Position numbers and translations under genes: made by a program. Below the pieces are notes generated by a model. It was not told the DNA's origin. It saw nothing but the letters and a program-made list of their open reading frames with translations, and made no database searches. This document shows positions 12,711 through 23,917 of a stretch of DNA of 45,862 bases, piece after piece; positions within the stretch are counted from its first letter, which is position 1, and each line of letters opens with the position of its first letter. Origin of the DNA: Nemertoderma westbladi (taxonomy: Eukaryota > Animalia > Xenacoelomorpha). The stretch covers positions 1 to 45,862 of the forward strand of contig JAUCBJ010003821.1 of the NCBI GenBank assembly GCA_032718475.1. Direction: 5' to 3'.

Positions 12711-15589
12711 CAAACTCTAGACATATACATCATCATCGCTCTGATGTATATCATAGGTTTTGATCAATCATTCGACTGGACTCATATACACTAGTCGTAT
12801 CCATATTTTAGAATTTTATTTTCGAAGGCCGAAAAATATTGAAAGGAAATACTTTCACTTTGTAGTCTGTTGGAAATAGTAAATACTTTATACCATATTT
12901 GATTTTGTGTATATGACTTTATTTGCTCTAAAGTTTATTGAAAGAGGCAAAGGAAGTGATTGGGGAGACAAACCTGCGGGTTTGGCTTACTCCTTTCACT
13001 TACCTGAGCAATCATCAAACGCGTTTTTATAAGAAATTAAGTAAAGTCCGAAATTGAAAGAAATTATTACGTATTTTATATTTAGTTTGATTATCGGCCT
13101 TTAATGCAATTTAATTTAGTTAAAAATTTAGCCTCAAATACGTTTATATTTAGTGTATTTTGTTAATGTTGATCGTTAATTTGAGATGGGAAATGGGGGA
13201 CATTGTCCTACCCATGTTCCATTTCAATAGGTAGACCGTCAATTTGTAAATAAGTAATGGAAGAGCAATATTTTTGTAAATTTAATTTGTATGTACTGTA
13301 GTAATCATTATGTAGTAAGAGAAAGCAATATTTTTGTAAATTTAATTTGTATTTAGTAATCATTATACAGTGAGAGAGATAATATTTGGTAAATTTAATT
13401 TGTATGTAAAACCATTATGCAATATATATGCAAATATAATAAATGCAATATATATTTTGTAAATATTTAGAACTATTATAAGACCAAGCATTTAGATTAT
13501 TTGAAGGTAATTTTTATTTTGTTTGTTCACATCGCCCTATATTCTTCTACAATTGGAGGGAAACATTGCTTGTTTCCCTTGGAGCGGTGTTACGATATAT
13601 GGCGCTGTGTACCATTATCAGCCCGTTATACAGTATAATTATTTATATAAGCCATAATGACGCCAATCATATTTAGATAAGGAGAATAAAATATCCATAT
13701 TTGTGAATCTGATCCATGTTGTACAGTATGTAGCCCTACCTACGTAATTTTGTAGTAAAATATAAATAAATAGTTCTACGGTAGCAAGTTTCCTATGAAA
13801 CCCTTGATGTAAGCTTGCTGTTATGGTATTAATAGGATTAACCGTGTATTTGCTTTATTTTCCATTATATTTGCGCTAAATTAGATTTTATGTACCGTGC
13901 TTTGAATATCGCTAAATTAAGCAACGCCAATGTTACCATATATGGTGGCAATTTGTGATTCTGAGGGGGATTAGGTTCACAATCCGGCTTCCTCATTGGC
14001 CTAGCCAATCCAGTTTGCTTCCAGGTTGGTCTAATGGTAGCGCGGATTGGGGAACCAATGAGAGGATTATTGCATCATCCTTTATGAATCACCTATAAAT
14101 TAGCTGTATTTTCGGTATGTGCATCTGTCTGCTTCATAATATAATCTTATCTCATTTGTATATTTGTTTCTTGCAATAATTTGTAATTTTTTGTAATTTC
14201 TGCTTAAAATTCTCTTTGCTGTATTTCTCACATCTCTCATGATGGTTACTGCAAATTATAACTTAGAACTATGATTTCTACCCCTTGATTAATCGTTCTA
14301 TGTGATTTAAGATGCGATAATCCCACGAGATTTCTTTAGACTGTCAGACTGTTTGTGATTGCATGCGCCGCTACGGTAGCTATTCATTCTAATGGAGGGT
14401 TAAGGTACCGGTAGGCGCGGCGGGCGCACTGGGGGGAAGCGACGGAAGGGAGTGCAGAGGATCCAAAGCGGAGCGACGCTGGCGGGGGGCCACCGTTGCG
14501 GTCGAGCTAGTCAGTTCAGGTCCAGGGACCAGCCGCTGCTACAGTATTAGGGGGCTGACGATCCAGATTTCCGTCTCTACTTTGTAGTTTTAGGGGGGCA
14601 GAATTTGGGTTTAGTTAGGAGTCCTAGGTGTGGCTTTGGGTGACCTGTGGTTCTTACACTGACTGATTGGATGACTAATACTGGTATACTGATGTACTAA
14701 CGTATGAGTATTTAGTGCACTAGCTGATTGGTGTAGTTAGCGCTATCTGCCATACTACTAACTTAGTGCTACGCTATTTGTGTTGTGTTGCAAAAGAGTG
14801 CCTGATTCTTAAATCTGAATGCTTAGATAGGCGCATTTCCCTTGATTGATTTCTATTTCTTAGTTTACGATAAATAATTGCTGATTAGGTCAAAATAATA
14901 CGCTATTTAGGCTGTTGCTAGTGTAACCCGGTACGTAATAAATTATAATTGCGTATTCTGGAACACCTAGTAATTAGTACGCAGTTTCGTATTTATGACT
15001 GTAATTAATTAGTATAAAATTAAGAATTTGTATGCAGCATAGCGGAGAGTAGTTAAAGTAATTATTTGAAGTACTGTAGACTATTCACGCTAGGCGGTTA
15101 TTTGAAAATAGTGGGGCAACAGGCTGACAGCAGTGTCCAGTACAGTATACAGTACAGCAGTAGTAAGTTTGCTGGTCTAAAACCAGCCAAATGCCAAGTT
15201 TCGGCACCTAGGAAAGTAATAGATCTGTCCCCGTAGATTATTAAAACATTCTCACATTAAATGTGTTCTGCCATTGAATTCCCGCTAGGCCACCCGCACT
15301 CGTTTTAAGTAGTTTAGGGAGCCGATTCGGGTTTATTGTTTTGGTTATTCCCGCGTGGCTCATAGATTCGAACAGTTAGCTCTCTATTGAGCGATCAACA
15401 GAGAAAGGAACAAGCGATTTGCAGGAGCCGTATAAAATTAGTAAAATATATTAGCGGACAGCCAGGTTAGCGCCATCCAGCGGTGAGAAGCAGTTTTGTG
15501 TTTAGCAGCAGTGCAGCGCAGTAATAACGCTCTCCTGATCACCCCTGTTCAACAAACGGCCTCGGCCAAGCTATCAGTAACACCATCCC

Positions 15590-15645
15590 AGCCAACGGTG
15601 ACGCGTATAACAACCTACTCGGTCGGGATCTCTGATCCCGTCACA
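15590..15645 (+). repeat. 3' terminus of an LTR related to the nested element's LTR
   Basis: ACGGTGACGCGTA...CGGGATCTCTGATCCCGTCACA matches the nested LTR end ACGGCGGGGACGCGTA...CGGGATCCTCTCGGATCCCGTCACA. Composition switches abruptly to AT-rich viral coding DNA at 15646. Confidence 0.75.
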
Positions 15646-15646
15646 G

Positions 15647-16198
15647 AAAGATCAATTACAAATAGTTGAAAATACTCAGCAAAATAGATTGCAATTTATT
15701 TCAGGGAAAACTGTACGAGAATTATTTATAGGACAACAATTAGCCTATTATTTTGGAATTACTGAAAATAATCTCGGAGCGAATTTAAATCCAAATTTTA
15801 AAATTAATTTGAAGACGAAAAATAATATAAAGGGTTATTTAATAAAAATTATCGGAAATGAAGAAAAAACTTACCAAATGGTATTTTTATGTCCTCAACC
15901 ACCCAATTCTATTCCAGAACCTAAGTCGAACATGTACGTGACTACTAATATAATTGAAAATGAATATATGAATAATTTTGGTTTAGCCTTACTTCGTCGT
16001 GTCGCGATACCTGATGATGTGAAATATGGCAGTGTAATAAATAAAGAATTTGCCAAGGATACAATTCATTATATCCCAGTAAAAAAATCATATAAGATAA
16101 CATACATTCATATTGAAATAACAGACAAAGAAGGAAAAGATTTGAATTTTGAATACGGGACAACATCTATTACATTACACTTTAAAAAAATAAATTAA
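15647..16198 (+). CDS. Minor capsid (penton-like) protein, C-terminal part, 5'-truncated at the LTR junction
   Basis: MYVTTNIIE...LLRRV...YIPV...IHIEITDKEG..LNF..G...ITLHFKK fits the Polinton minor capsid C-terminus. The frame is open back to the LTR end. Confidence 0.82.
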   Translation, partial: KDQLQIVENTQQNRLQFISGKTVRELFIGQQLAYYFGITENNLGANLNPNFKINLKTKNNIKGYLIKIIGNEEKTYQMVFLCPQPPNSIPEPKSNMYVTTNIIENEYMNNFGLALLRRVAIPDDVKYGSVINKEFAKDTIHYIPVKKSYKITYIHIEITDKEGKDLNFEYGTTSITLHFKKIN

Positions 16199-16199
16199 A

Positions 16200-16764
16200 A
16201 TGGATTCCGATTTATTTCAAAGATACAGTAAACCTCAATATGGTGGCGCAGACTCTAATCTTGCTGTTTTTAAAGGCGGTAGAACTACGAGAGGGTCAAC
16301 GCAAGTTCCTGTTTTTCGGGGTGGTTCATATATAGACCCTTATGGGCAACAAATTGGTGCATTTGGTACAAACATAAAACAACGTTGATTTCAACGTTAT
16401 CAGAGAGGTATGCAGACAAATCAACACGAGGAAGGAATACTTACAGATGCTTTATCTACATTGAAGAAATTTGGAAAGCCATTAGCAAAAAAAAGTTTTA
16501 CAAAAAGCTTTACCATTTACCACAAAATTTATGAGACAACACGGAATACCAAAAGGTAAGCGGGTCTTACATCAGCAGGCTAATATGGTTATTAATAAAG
16601 CATTAAATAAAATGAAACCATCAACAAGATGGGTTGTAGAAAAAGTTTAGAGATTTAAAACGACCGACTAAACCAATGTCTATGAACATACATCATCATC
16701 GTGGTAAAAATAGAAAAATAAAAAAAGGCAAACTCAAGCACTGCGAAAAAAGTCATTTTTAATA
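16200..16764 (+). pseudogene. Small basic core-like virion protein gene, decayed
   Basis: Y..PQYGG, FKGG and FRGG resemble adenain cleavage sites. TGA at 16386, then QRG..Q..EGILTDALSTLKKFGKPLAKK (amphipathic), frameshifts and a Lys-rich tail. Lies between the two capsid genes. Confidence 0.6.
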
Positions 16765-18024
16765 ATGTCGATTATTAGAGAATTAGATTTATTTTCTACA
16801 CAGCCAATACAAACTGAATTTAAAGCAAAGTATTATGAAACAATTTACCCGGTATCTAGTCTCAGAAGCGAGTCTCGCGAAGTAACTTTTCTTGTACCTC
16901 GATCCAACGAATTTTATACCAAGCTTCAATATGCGTTAATTACAAAATGTACTGTACGGTGGGATAGACGGCTTGAAAACTCACACATTTATATGTTGAA
17001 TTACCCCTCTGGAACTATGTGGAGTGATATTAAAATAGACCTCAATGAGAAGCAGGTTGAAAATAGCAATAACCATTATTTCTACAAGTCATACTTATCC
17101 AATTTACTTTTTACTACATATGAAAGTAAAAATTGGCTGCTGGGGGCTGGATGCTTTCGTCAGCCTTTATCCGAACACGGAAATGAAATTAATCCCGTCG
17201 CACACCCCATTGCCGACGCTTTTAGTAAACAAATGCAATTTGTAAGTGGATTGACGATTGATTTTGATACTGAAAGTAAAATAATACAACCTGGGTATGA
17301 TTTAAGAATGCATTTTAGAAAAGTATCAAATTCGTTTATTTTTAAAATCACCCCAAACGCAAACGCTGTGACAAATCTTCGGCTAGAATTAGACGAAGTA
17401 AAGATCCTAATCCCTAGAATGGAGGTTAATCCCGTAATAGAAAGCAGCCATGTAAAAGGTTTAGAGAGCTACGATATTGAATATCAATTTAAAAAAAGAG
17501 AGGTTACTACATTTACTATTCCCGCGCAAACCACAATTTACACGCAAACAAACATATTTGATGGTAAAAATTCCAAATTGGTTATTATCGGCTTTATAAC
17601 AAATAATTCATATTCGGGTGAATTAACTAGTAATCCATTGAAATTTGAACATTTTAACCTTAGACGCGCGGAACTGTTTGTAGACGGTCTTCCGGTAGGT
17701 GGGGTAATATACGAGCCTAATTTTACAGATGGAACATACATTTTTGAGTATACTCAATTAATGAAAAACATTAATACATATTATATTAACGGTTATGGAG
17801 GTAATAATATAGACCATGAAACCTACTTAGGTAATTGCCCCATCCTATCCTGGGACCTAACCGCCGACGGCTATGTTAGAAATCCGCAACCATCGATATA
17901 TACTAACGGCCAATTAAAATTAAGATTTGCCGAACCGTTGGTTGAGACCATAAATGTAATCGTTTTTAATATTTATGATCAATCATTAAGTTTAAATAGC
18001 AGGAAAGAAATACATATCGATTAA
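16765..18024 (+). CDS. Major capsid protein (double jelly-roll, hexon-like) of Polinton/adintovirus type, 419 aa
   Basis: ELDLFS.QPIQT, IYP, WSDIKIDLN, YFYKSYL..LL, NPLKFEHFNL..LFVDG, WDLTAD, GQLKLRFAEPL.ETINVIVF match my recollection of the Polinton MCP consensus. Uninterrupted ORF. Confidence 0.88.
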   Translation: MSIIRELDLFSTQPIQTEFKAKYYETIYPVSSLRSESREVTFLVPRSNEFYTKLQYALITKCTVRWDRRLENSHIYMLNYPSGTMWSDIKIDLNEKQVENSNNHYFYKSYLSNLLFTTYESKNWLLGAGCFRQPLSEHGNEINPVAHPIADAFSKQMQFVSGLTIDFDTESKIIQPGYDLRMHFRKVSNSFIFKITPNANAVTNLRLELDEVKILIPRMEVNPVIESSHVKGLESYDIEYQFKKREVTTFTIPAQTTIYTQTNIFDGKNSKLVIIGFITNNSYSGELTSNPLKFEHFNLRRAELFVDGLPVGGVIYEPNFTDGTYIFEYTQLMKNINTYYINGYGGNNIDHETYLGNCPILSWDLTADGYVRNPQPSIYTNGQLKLRFAEPLVETINVIVFNIYDQSLSLNSRKEIHID

Positions 18025-18026
18025 GT

Positions 18027-18374
18027 ATGTTATCTACAGAGGACCTTGATATGTTTCTGGTGGGGGGTCACTATTTGGGGGCATTTCCTTGTAATAAATT
18101 ACCTAAATTAGATAATAATAAGGGAAGAGACTATGGGTTAATAGTAAATACTGATAAAGAGCATCTACCCGGTGTTCATTGGGTGGCTATATATATACGA
18201 GATAATGAAGCTTAATTATTTAATTCGTTTGGTCCAAAATATCCAAACAGATGTATCGAAAAATGGCTTGAGAAAAATTCAACAAGGTGGTGTACTACCC
18301 GCAAACCATTTCAAGACCCTAGAAGGACCACATGCGGGTTATACTGTCTTTACCCAGGCACTTTAGTACTTTAA
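18027..18374 (+). pseudogene. Adenain-like cysteine maturation protease with an in-frame stop
   Basis: LGAFP..KLP, IVNTD..LPGVHWVAI, TAA at 18213, then in frame FNSFG...FQ...TTCGLYCL. Confidence 0.88.
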
Positions 18375-18649
18375 TGTTGCGATATATCATAACACGAGAA
18401 ATAAAGAAATTATACAATTTTTTAATAAATCCTGGCTTTGTACCCCGTTACTATTGAAATAATTGTTCTAGAATGATTGAATTACGTCATGAAGTCAACC
18501 GAATACGACACAATTTCTCTCGATATAAAAATTACAACACATTTTTAAGTTTCATATTAAATTAATTAAATAATAATATTGCAGTTGTAACTAAAACGAT
18601 ATGTTATAAAAACTATAAATTAAACAAAAACTTAAATGACGAATAAAAA

Positions 18650-18876
18650 TTATATTAAAACGTCGTAAACAAGTAATTTCGGTCGGGAATTCGGAATGCC
18701 GTTTATTGAAGCGCCATCTAGCGGCGTTACTGTGTATATATTATCAATGTTTCTGGCTTCTGTAATAAGGTCTGGATGGGCGTTCCCCATTGGTCCGTGG
18801 TAGAACTTCTCCAACCCCTTACGATTAGTGTTATAGAGTTTACCTCGGAGAGACGTATCAATCGAATCAGGTTCAA
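18650..18876 (-). CDS. Probable terminal (cytoplasmic) exon of the cadherin-like gene
   Basis: ttattatttttag acceptor in phase 1, compatible with the TM exon; open to a stop after VYDVLI. Confidence 0.6.
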
Positions 18877-19391
18877 CTAAAAATAATAATGACGTCATTA
18901 ATTGATAAATTTATTTAAATTAATTACATTTATTATTCAAGCGCGGTAAATTACCGTTGCCGAGATCTGTATACCTAGACTAAACTATGTAAAGTACCAA
19001 AAAAACTCAAGAGACCTAGATATTGCGTGCAACCACTGATCGGCCGATGGGAGACAGCTGGTCAGGAAGTTTTAGACCCGCAGTAACATTCACTTGACCA
19101 GCCGGTAAATTACACTAAACTTAGGGGCAAAAGCAGTAAAAGAAAGAAACAAAAACTATAATAAAATGAAAAGTCACGTGAAACAATAAAACGAGGGCAA
19201 TCTCTCTTGGTAGTTACCTCCGAGACAGGGATGGTGCCACTATTTAGTTGAAACACAAACACTATATACAACCCAGCCACTGTCTCCACTGCCCAATTAC
19301 AAACCGGGTTCCCATAAAGGGGGTGCGCCTCACATAACCGAAAGTCTACGAAATCACTGCAAAAATAAAGTTGGGTTTAATTAGTACTTAC

Positions 19392-19590
19392 CTTTTCCTT
19401 GCCGAGATTTCTTTTTCCACAGAAGAAAAATTAAAAACAACAGAGCTGCGATAAATACAAGAAGAGCAAAGAATATGGCGAGGGCGAAAGCCCAGTCGGG
19501 GAAACCCCTAGGAGGGGGTCTATAGGTGGTCGTTTCGGAGGGAACATGTGTAGGTGGTGGGAGGCTAGTCGTGGTTAACGGAACACAGTT
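19392..19590 (-). CDS. Transmembrane exon of the cadherin-like gene
   Basis: ttctag acceptor in phase 0; Pro/Thr stalk, then WAFALAIFFALLVFIAALLFLIFLLW and KKKSR; G|gtaagt donor. Absent from the ORF track. Confidence 0.85.
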
Positions 19591-19689
19591 CTAGAATAAT
19601 AAATAGATTTTATTGTTAAATTTCTGGATTATTTACGGGGGGGGGGGGGGGAGTATCCACCCCCCCTTTGCTCAAATTTTGAAATTCTT

Positions 19690-20525
19690 GTTTCTTTATT
19701 TCGTCTAGAGCAGAATTTAATGAGGATTACAAATCTGAAAACCGCTTAGTGAGACCTGCTTTAGTTCTCGAGTTAGAAGTGTTTTCCGTATGTCGGTCTG
19801 TCCGACAGACAGACAGACAGATTAGATTCCACCAAACATTAAAACTGACATCGGAAATGGAATCAGCGACCCCAAAAGCCACCGTAATAAAAATTTTAGC
19901 TCTTTGGTGTGCATCCTTCATACCAGAAATAATTAACCAACCAGAACACAGACAGCCACTTTTGGCGGGACGGTTTAAACTTTGAATTGAAGGGCATTTT
20001 CTCGGAATAACATTTTTCCTTTTTAAATTACTACTCCTCCGTCATTTCTTAACCAATTTTCTTCGTTTATGGCTCATGGCCATAAACTGGGGCTGGGGCT
20101 GGGGTTTATGGCTTTAAAAGTTATCCTATGGAATTTTAATAAATATTACCATTTTTTCTAATTAGCCAATTTTAATTAAAAATATGATAATTAATTAATT
20201 AAATTAATTTATTATAATAAAAATGGCTAATTACAAATTTTATAAGATAACTTTTGTAGAGTCGATCACGCTGAGTCCAAAAAAGATGGTTTCAAGAAAT
20301 TTGGACCAAAATTGAGGGACTAGTAGCAATTTTAGTGAAATCTTTAACTCCGCTGCCAGCCGCTAGGGGGAGGCTATAAATTTTCAAAATTTACTATAAA
20401 GGCTATTTGGCCTTCCATACAGTGGTTGACCATGACAAAATAGCCATATTATCATTTAACACTATTTGACAGCCATTTTAAAAAAAGGTTCGTCTATGGA
20501 CGAGCCGTAAGTAATCCAACTATTT
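19690..20525. mobile_element. Possible non-autonomous Helitron/Helentron-like element
   Basis: Inverted GTCTGTC/GACAGAC microsatellite at 19790-19820 and terminal hairpin GGTTCGTC-TATG-GACGAGCC at 20487-20506 next to an A-run. Boundaries approximate. Confidence 0.35.
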
Positions 20526-21281
20526 ATTTCTCGCACATGCTGTCTTGTATACTATTGATAACAGAGTGTATTATAGATATTTCTTGTTGCAGTTACCTAC
20601 TGAAATATAGGAAATTACCTAATATAAGGTTTTTTTTATACTAGCTAGTATGTTCGTCAAAATGTTAGCTATTATATTTGTATAATTCTATTACATTTTA
20701 TAAAAAATAGTTCTAAATTAATATACTAAGCGGAGCTAGTTTTTGTTATTTTTAAATTGTTGTTCTAGAACATGTTTGCTGGTTTATAAAAATGTTCCAG
20801 AATTTTTTTCTTAAACTTTTTTTAGAGGTCTAGAACATAGTTCTAGAATTTTTGTATATAATAGCGAAAATGTTGGCGAATCGCGAACAAAACATATAAA
20901 TATAAGAAATTGCCAATATTATCAATTATAAATCTTGTTAAATAATCCAGAAATTTTACAATAAAACAACATATTATTATATTGTGTATATAATCCATTA
21001 TCTCACTTAGGCCCCCGTTTCAATATTTGACTCACTCGCTTCGCTCGTTCGTGTAAATATTTACACTCGGTACCGGCGTGATATAAAGTTCGACATTATA
21101 GACACTATTATAAAGAGGCATGAATTATTAGTATGTTTGGTGAATGAGTTATTATAATTTTCGCTGGACACAACTCAAGAATTTCAGCATTGGCATCCAG
21201 GTGGGGTCGAACTGGTTACCTCCAGAAGATATATTTACACTGACTCGCTACATTACGCGATGCATTATTAATAAAACCAAC

Positions 21282-21486
21282 CCGAATACAGAAAGTTATT
21301 GTGTAAGAGTTGATATTCGCAGACTCTCCTTCAGTTACCGACGGTGCGTCCGATATTGTCAATAACAATTCAATGGAATCAACTGGAATTTCAACCAAAT
21401 TCTTTACAAGTTTAAAGTGGACCGAGTTTCCGCTTTTAGGCACCAAGTCAAAGTATTCGTGGTACAAGGCGCTGGAATCTTTAAAG
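21282..21486 (-). CDS. Cadherin-like gene exon
   Basis: ttgtag acceptor in phase 2; FKDSSALYHEYFDLVP..LLLTISD..TITFCIR; gttggt donor in phase 0. Confidence 0.72.
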
Positions 21487-21745
21487 CTACAATAAATAAT
21501 TATAATGTTACAAATATTGATGTTATAGTTATAAATGATGCACATACTACAGTATGATAACATTGATAATATTCTATCCATGATAAATACCGGTACTCTG
21601 ATAAATAATATATCATATCCAACTAGAATTAAAATGGTCGCACAACACCTGCACGGCACACTGAAACGGATGTCTCTAAAGCTTTATGATATAGGCCTAC
21701 ATCAATAAATGATTAAGTTCGCACATAATCATTGACGGTAGGCAG

Positions 21746-22025
21746 CAAACTTCACCCGCGCCCAATCTTCGCCCTCAAAATGAGCAAATATCGCCCAGCG
21801 GAAACCTTCGCCAGCAGGCAATCTTCGCCCGCGATCATCTTTCGCCCAATAAACAATTAGTGCTTTGGTTAGAAAAGGCAGTCTCTGTAACCTGCTCCTT
21901 TCCCTCAATTGGTAACTACAATGGTTATTAACAGGAATCAATTTATGTTTATTGGGCGAAGGTTGTAAGATTGCCGGAAGGCGAAGGTATTCCACGGGCG
22001 AAGATTGGACGCGGGCGAAGATTTC
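21746..22025. mobile_element. MITE with repeated inverted CTTCGCCC/GGGCGAAG termini
   Basis: AAACTTCACCCGCGCCCAATCTTCGCCC at left is inverted relative to GGGCGAAGATTGGACGCGGGCGAAGATTT at right. Confidence 0.7.
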
Positions 22026-22039
22026 ACCAAACCTCATCG

Positions 22040-23466
22040 CCCATGTGAAGAATACCAGGATTTCACTTTCCGGTCGACTTTTTATTGGAATTTTATATAT
22101 GAAGTTTTTTTTTTTGAATTTATCTTTATTAAGTGTTTTATAGCGCTTATTTCTGTCTTATAACCTCATTCGTTTATTGTTTTGGTTAGATTCAGCCCTT
22201 CTGTAACCTGTATTTTTGGTGAAAACCTGGTATTCTTCACATGGGGGTAACTGCAAAGTGAAATGTAACGGCAGAAAGTCTGGTATTCTTCACATGGGGG
22301 TAACTGCAAAGTGAAATATAACGGCAGAAATCCTGGTATTCTTCACATGGGGGTAACTGCAAAGTGAAATATAACGGTAGAAAGTCTGGTATTCTTCACA
22401 TGGGGGGTAACTGCAAAGTGAAATATAATGGCAGAAAGTCTGGTATTCTTCACATGGGGGTAACTGCAAAGTGAAATATAACGGCAGAAAGTCTGGTATT
22501 CTTCATATGGGGGTAACTGCAAAGTGAAATATAACGGCAGAATGTCTGGTATTCTTCACATGGGGGTAACTGCAACGTGAAATATAATGGCAGAAAGTCT
22601 GGTATTCTTCACATGGGGGTAACTGCAAAGTGAAATATAATGGCAGAAAGTCTGGTATTCTTCACATGGGGGTAACTGCAAAGTGAAATATAACGGCAGA
22701 AAGTCTGGTATTCTTCACATGGGGGTCACTGCAAAGTGAAATATAACGGCAGAAAGTCTGGTATTCTTCACATGGGGGTAACTGCAAAGTGAAATATAAC
22801 GGGAGAAAGTCTGGTATTCTTCACATGGGGGGTAACTGCAAAGTGAAATATAACGGCAGAAAGTCTGGTATTCTTCACATGGGGGTCACTGCAAAGTGAA
22901 ATATAACGGCAGAAAGTCTGGTATTCTTCACATGGGGGTAACTGCAACGTGAAATATAATGGCAGAAAGTCTGGTATCCTTCACATGGGGGTAACTGCAA
23001 AGTGAAATATAATGGCAGAAAGTCTGGTATTCTTCACATGGGGGTAACTGCAAAGTGAAATATAACGGCAGAAAGTCTGGTATTCTTCACATGGGGGTAA
23101 CTGCAAAGTGAAATATAACGGCAGAAAGTCTGGTATTCTTCACATGGGGGTAACTGCAAAGTGAAATATAACGGCAGAAAGTCTGGTATTCTTCACATGG
23201 GGGTAACTGTAAAGTGAAATATAACGGCAGAAAGTCTGGTATTCTTCACATGGGGGTAACTGTAAAGTGAAATATAACGGCAGAAAGTCTGGTATTCTTC
23301 ACATGGGGGTAACTGCAAAGTGAAATATAATGGCAGAAAGTCTGGTATTCTTCACATGGGGGTAACTGCAAAGTGAAATATAATGGCAGAAAGTCTGGTA
23401 TTCTTCACATGGGGGTAACTGCAAAGTGAAATATAACGGCAGAAAGTCTGGTATTCTTCACATGGG
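22040..23466. mobile_element. TIR element whose right terminus is tandemly amplified
   Basis: CCCATGTGAAGAATACCAG at 22040 is the reverse complement of CTGGTATTCTTCACATGGG, present in every array unit and ending the array at 23466. Confidence 0.65.
22227..23466. repeat. 53-bp tandem repeat, about 23 copies
   Basis: Unit CTGGTATTCTTCACATGGGGGTAACTGCAAAGTGAAATATAACGGCAGAAAGT. Confidence 0.97.
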
Positions 23467-23484
23467 CCAACCTCATTGACCCAC

Positions 23485-23917
23485 CTGAACTCGAAGTTAT
23501 TGTTGCCGTCGCTATCAGCTGCATCCACCGTCGCCACTCGGTCACCCGCCTCCGCCGCCACATCAACTATAAAATGCGTTTCCCCGGAAACAAACGGTCC
23601 GTGGCCCATAACAACAACTTGTATTGTCTCACTAACCAACAATATGGAACCAGCGTAGCCTTTTATAGTAACCATAATCTCGCTAACTCCTATTAAAGAT
23701 TTCTTCGTACACAACTCTCCTCGAGACAACTCGATGCTGTCGATTATTGCTGCTTTCTCGTCCGAAAGTGAAAAATACTCGTTGCCATTGGTGATAGCCA
23801 ATGAAGCGTCGCTGAATAAAAACGCGTCGCTGCTTCGTTTCATGGAAACCATAGCAACACACCCCCCTAAGGGCTCCGTTTCTATGACTTTGAGCGGGTT
23901 ATCATTTGGGTTGAATA
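23485..23917 (-). CDS. Cadherin-like gene exon
   Basis: Open frame ending AGDRVATVDAADSDGNNNFEF; AG|gtgggt donor in phase 2; acceptor at 23917 or 23924. Confidence 0.78.

Larger units (their letters stand above)
15646..18374 (+). mobile_element. Endogenous Polinton/Maverick (adintovirus-like) virion morphogenesis module
   Basis: Four tightly packed co-oriented intronless genes (minor capsid, core-like, major capsid, adenain protease) with only a few bp between them. Confidence 0.88.

Noticed and set aside
19217-19345. Extra cytoplasmic exon after a 46-nt intron
   Set aside because: The frame is open but the donor is ambiguous; it cannot be supported without transcripts.
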